DNA of 61,906 bases, counting the filler, from Nemertoderma westbladi (lineage: Eukaryota > Animalia > Xenacoelomorpha), in assembly GCA_032718475.1 (NCBI GenBank). It is 4 parts of 4 records of this genome, joined end to end, with 100 filler letters (N's around TTAATTAATTAA, not from the genome) between each part and the next. Parts side by side here need not be neighbours in the genome. Positions count along the whole stretch, not along the records: positions 56,970 to 61,906 come from JAUCBJ010003539.1; 3 more parts are not named here. The stretch is one strand, 5' to 3'. Made by a program: the position numbers and the translations under genes. The number at the start of each line of letters is the position of its first letter. Position 1 is the stretch's first letter. Positions 59,203-61,906 of this stretch are shown in pieces. The notes under the pieces were generated by a model. It was not told the origin of the DNA. It made no database searches and saw only the letters and a program-made list of their open reading frames with translations.

Positions 59203-60410
59203 AGGGGACCATTACCCCCATGGGAAGGTTAAATTTGATTGGTGAAATTTGATTTTATTGTTGAAATTTGAAAATTTGATATAAGGGCTTTCATGTGGTC
59301 ACATCGGTTTTCACCGTTAAATGAATTTTGGACCACAAAACTTCACTTTTGTACAATAGTATATATGGGTGATATTTATGACTCTCTGTATAAAACAACC
59401 TATTTCTCAATTTGTCGATTTTGACTTTTTTCATCAATAAATTCTCTATATTCATTTTTGTAATCAATCATATACCAAAATGCTCCGCAGCTTTAGGGCT
59501 ACAATCGTGTGTCAATCGTGTGTCTTGTAAAACATGGCCATTTGGATCTTCTAGAACCGATTTTGTAACTGCTACACCCTTTGTCTATCACAAAAATTTG
59601 ATTACCAAAATATAGCAGGAACATACTAAAACCCCCATAAATCTTTCAAAAACAATAATTTCATGCTGAAGTTTACATAAGATAGGGCCCATATATCTAG
59701 GTCCATTTTACCTTCATAGCGGTATGTCCATTGTACCAAAGTCTTGGACCTAGAACTTCAACCCAGGTGATATTACAGATCCTTAAAAATGATATATTTT
59801 ATATACAAATTTTTAAAAATCCAACCTGCACAAAAAGTGCCATATTTTTCGAACAAAAAGCTTTACGAAGCTATCCATACCCAGTTTTTATAGTAAAAGG
59901 AAAGTGTTAAATGTCAAAGTTTCAGAATATAGTAAGTAGCTTTATAAATAAAAAAATAGATTTGGGGTGATAATCGCCTTATGTACCTAAGACCCTAAAT
60001 CCATGTTTTTACTTTTTTCTACCATTACACTAAATAGACATCACACTATCCACTAGTGGTATTCTTGACAAATTTCAACCAACCAATTTAGAGATATGGC
60101 TGTTATGAGACCTACTGTAACTACAATAATTGATTTTCATATTTTTGCACTAAATCCAGTTAATAAACTAGCATAATGTTTTTCTATACTCTTTCTTTAC
60201 ACTAGAAGTGGGGCTCCATTCCATTTCGCTATAAAAATAAATATCCCTAAGAAAAATCAATAAAATTTCAATAAAAGTAAAAAAAATAAAAGTCAATAAA
60301 ATTTAATTAAGTGGGGGGGGGGGGGGGGGGGGGGTACACCATTTTGGTCCAAAATATGTCGAAATGTTTTTATGGTCTATTATAATGCACCGTTGAATGG
60401 TGTTTCCAAA
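59203..60410. mobile_element. Probable non-autonomous DNA element starting TTAA|GGGGACC (Kolobok-like), truncated
   Basis: TTAA followed by a purine-rich terminus; repeated at 60817; other end not seen. Confidence 0.35.
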
Positions 60411-60411
60411 T

Positions 60412-61700
60412 CTGATAGTCTAGCTAAATCATTAAAGATGAGATTTTATAGAAGTTCAGTTAAAGATAATTTAAATATTTCGAACATATTCGAATTTCTC
60501 GCCCAAAAACATTTAGAAAATATATCGAAGAAGTTGAGACAAGTTGAGACTCAGTCTGGAACTGGGCAAGCTGCCAGTATAGGGACAGTGTTTAACACCC
60601 GGGATAGTAAAGCAACTCCCCCGGGGTCTGCTAACACTAACACCGCTCCCGGGATGAGGAAGAATTCCTCCATCGTTTTAGAACCCTCCCGGAAGCGGAC
60701 TAAGAATAAAGGACCTATTGGTTCGCTCCGATGTAGTTTGTTATAGTTGATATTATATTTATACAGTGTAGACTCCTAAGTTAAACTGATGATAACAATA
60801 TATATACAGTCACTTAAGGGGACCATTACCCCCATGGGAAGGTTGAATTTGATTGGTGGAATTTGATTTTATTGTTGAAATTTGATATAAGGGCTTTCAT
60901 GTGGTCACATCGGTTTTCACCGTTAAATGAATTTTCGACCACAAAACTTCACTTTTGTACAATAGTATATATTCATGACTCTCTGTATAAAACAACCTAT
61001 TTCTCAATTTGTCGATTTTGACTTTTTTCATCACTAAATTCTCTATATTCATTTTTGTAATCAATCATATACCGGTACCAAAATGCTCCGCAGCTTTAGG
61101 GCGACAATCGTGTGTCAATCGTGTGTCTCGTAAAACATGGCAATTTGGATCTTCTAGAACCGATTTTGTAACTGCTACACCCTTTGTCTATCACAAAATA
61201 TTTGATTACGAAAATATAGCAGGAACATACTAAAACCACCATAAATTTTTCAAAAACAATAATTTCATGCTGAAGTTTACATATAAGATAGGGCCCATAT
61301 ATCTAGGTCCATTTCACCTTCATACCGGTATGTCCATTGTACCAAAGTCTTGGACCTAGAACTTCAACCCAGGTGATATTACAGATCCTTAAAAATGATA
61401 TATTTTATATACAAATTTTTAAAAAACCGACCTGCACAAAAAGTGCCATATTTTTCGAACAAACAGCTTTACAAAGCTATACCCAGTTTTTATAGTAAAA
61501 GGAAAGTGTTAAATGTCAAAGTTTCAGAATATAGTAAGTAGCTTTATAAATAAAAAAATAGATTTGGGGTGATAATCGCCATATGTACCTAAAGACCCTA
61601 ACCATTACATTACCTCTACCATTACACTAAATATACATCACACTATCCACTAGTGGTATTCTTGACAAATTTCAACCAACCAATTTAGAGATATGGCTGT
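60412..61700 (+). pseudogene. Tandem partial duplicate of RAB23 3' exon and downstream sequence
   Basis: Copy of ~58798-60104 with a few substitutions and small indels; ORF 60372-60746 has a junction-derived N-terminus. Confidence 0.9.
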
Positions 61701-61703
61701 TAA

Positions 61704-61906
61704 CCCTATTACCACTAGGGGGGGGGGGGGGGGGGATCGGCCCCTTCCTAGTTTTTAGTTGCTGTAAATATGCAACCACATTACGTACCGGCCCAATTTT
61801 TATTGAGAATTGGCCAAATTTAATGCCGCATCTTTTGCAAAAAACGACGTTTTGGAGCACCAAAATTAGGGCGTGGCACTTTAAAATTTCAAAATTACTT
61901 TATTCG
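61704..61906. mobile_element. Left end of a piggyBac-like MITE
   Basis: TTAA|CCCTATTA start, as at 22882; interrupts the duplicate. Confidence 0.6.

Overview
Repeat-rich invertebrate-type animal genomic DNA in four contigs joined by artificial N/TTAATTAATTAA/N spacers (22042, 38513, 56870). Host genes: intronless ALG3, FIP1-like, C1orf50/DUF2452 and ISCA1, a two-exon RAB23 with a partial tandem duplicate, and fragments of PRPF19, a TRAF and an iPLA2/patatin gene. Mobile DNA: an EnSpm/CACTA-like transposase with a spliced BEN-domain partner gene, a truncated BEL/Pao retrotransposon, a young pol-less LTR element related to it, LINE fragments, many MITEs and satellites. The two strongest signals are (1) an intact ~330-codon ORF at 32166-33165 (-) that matches influenza-virus PB2 motifs colinearly, i.e. 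a candidate endogenous influenza-like viral element, and (2) two related LTR elements that lack a tRNA primer-binding site and instead show a covarying leader/LTR duplex suggestive of self-primed reverse transcription. Protein comparisons were made from memory, without database searches.
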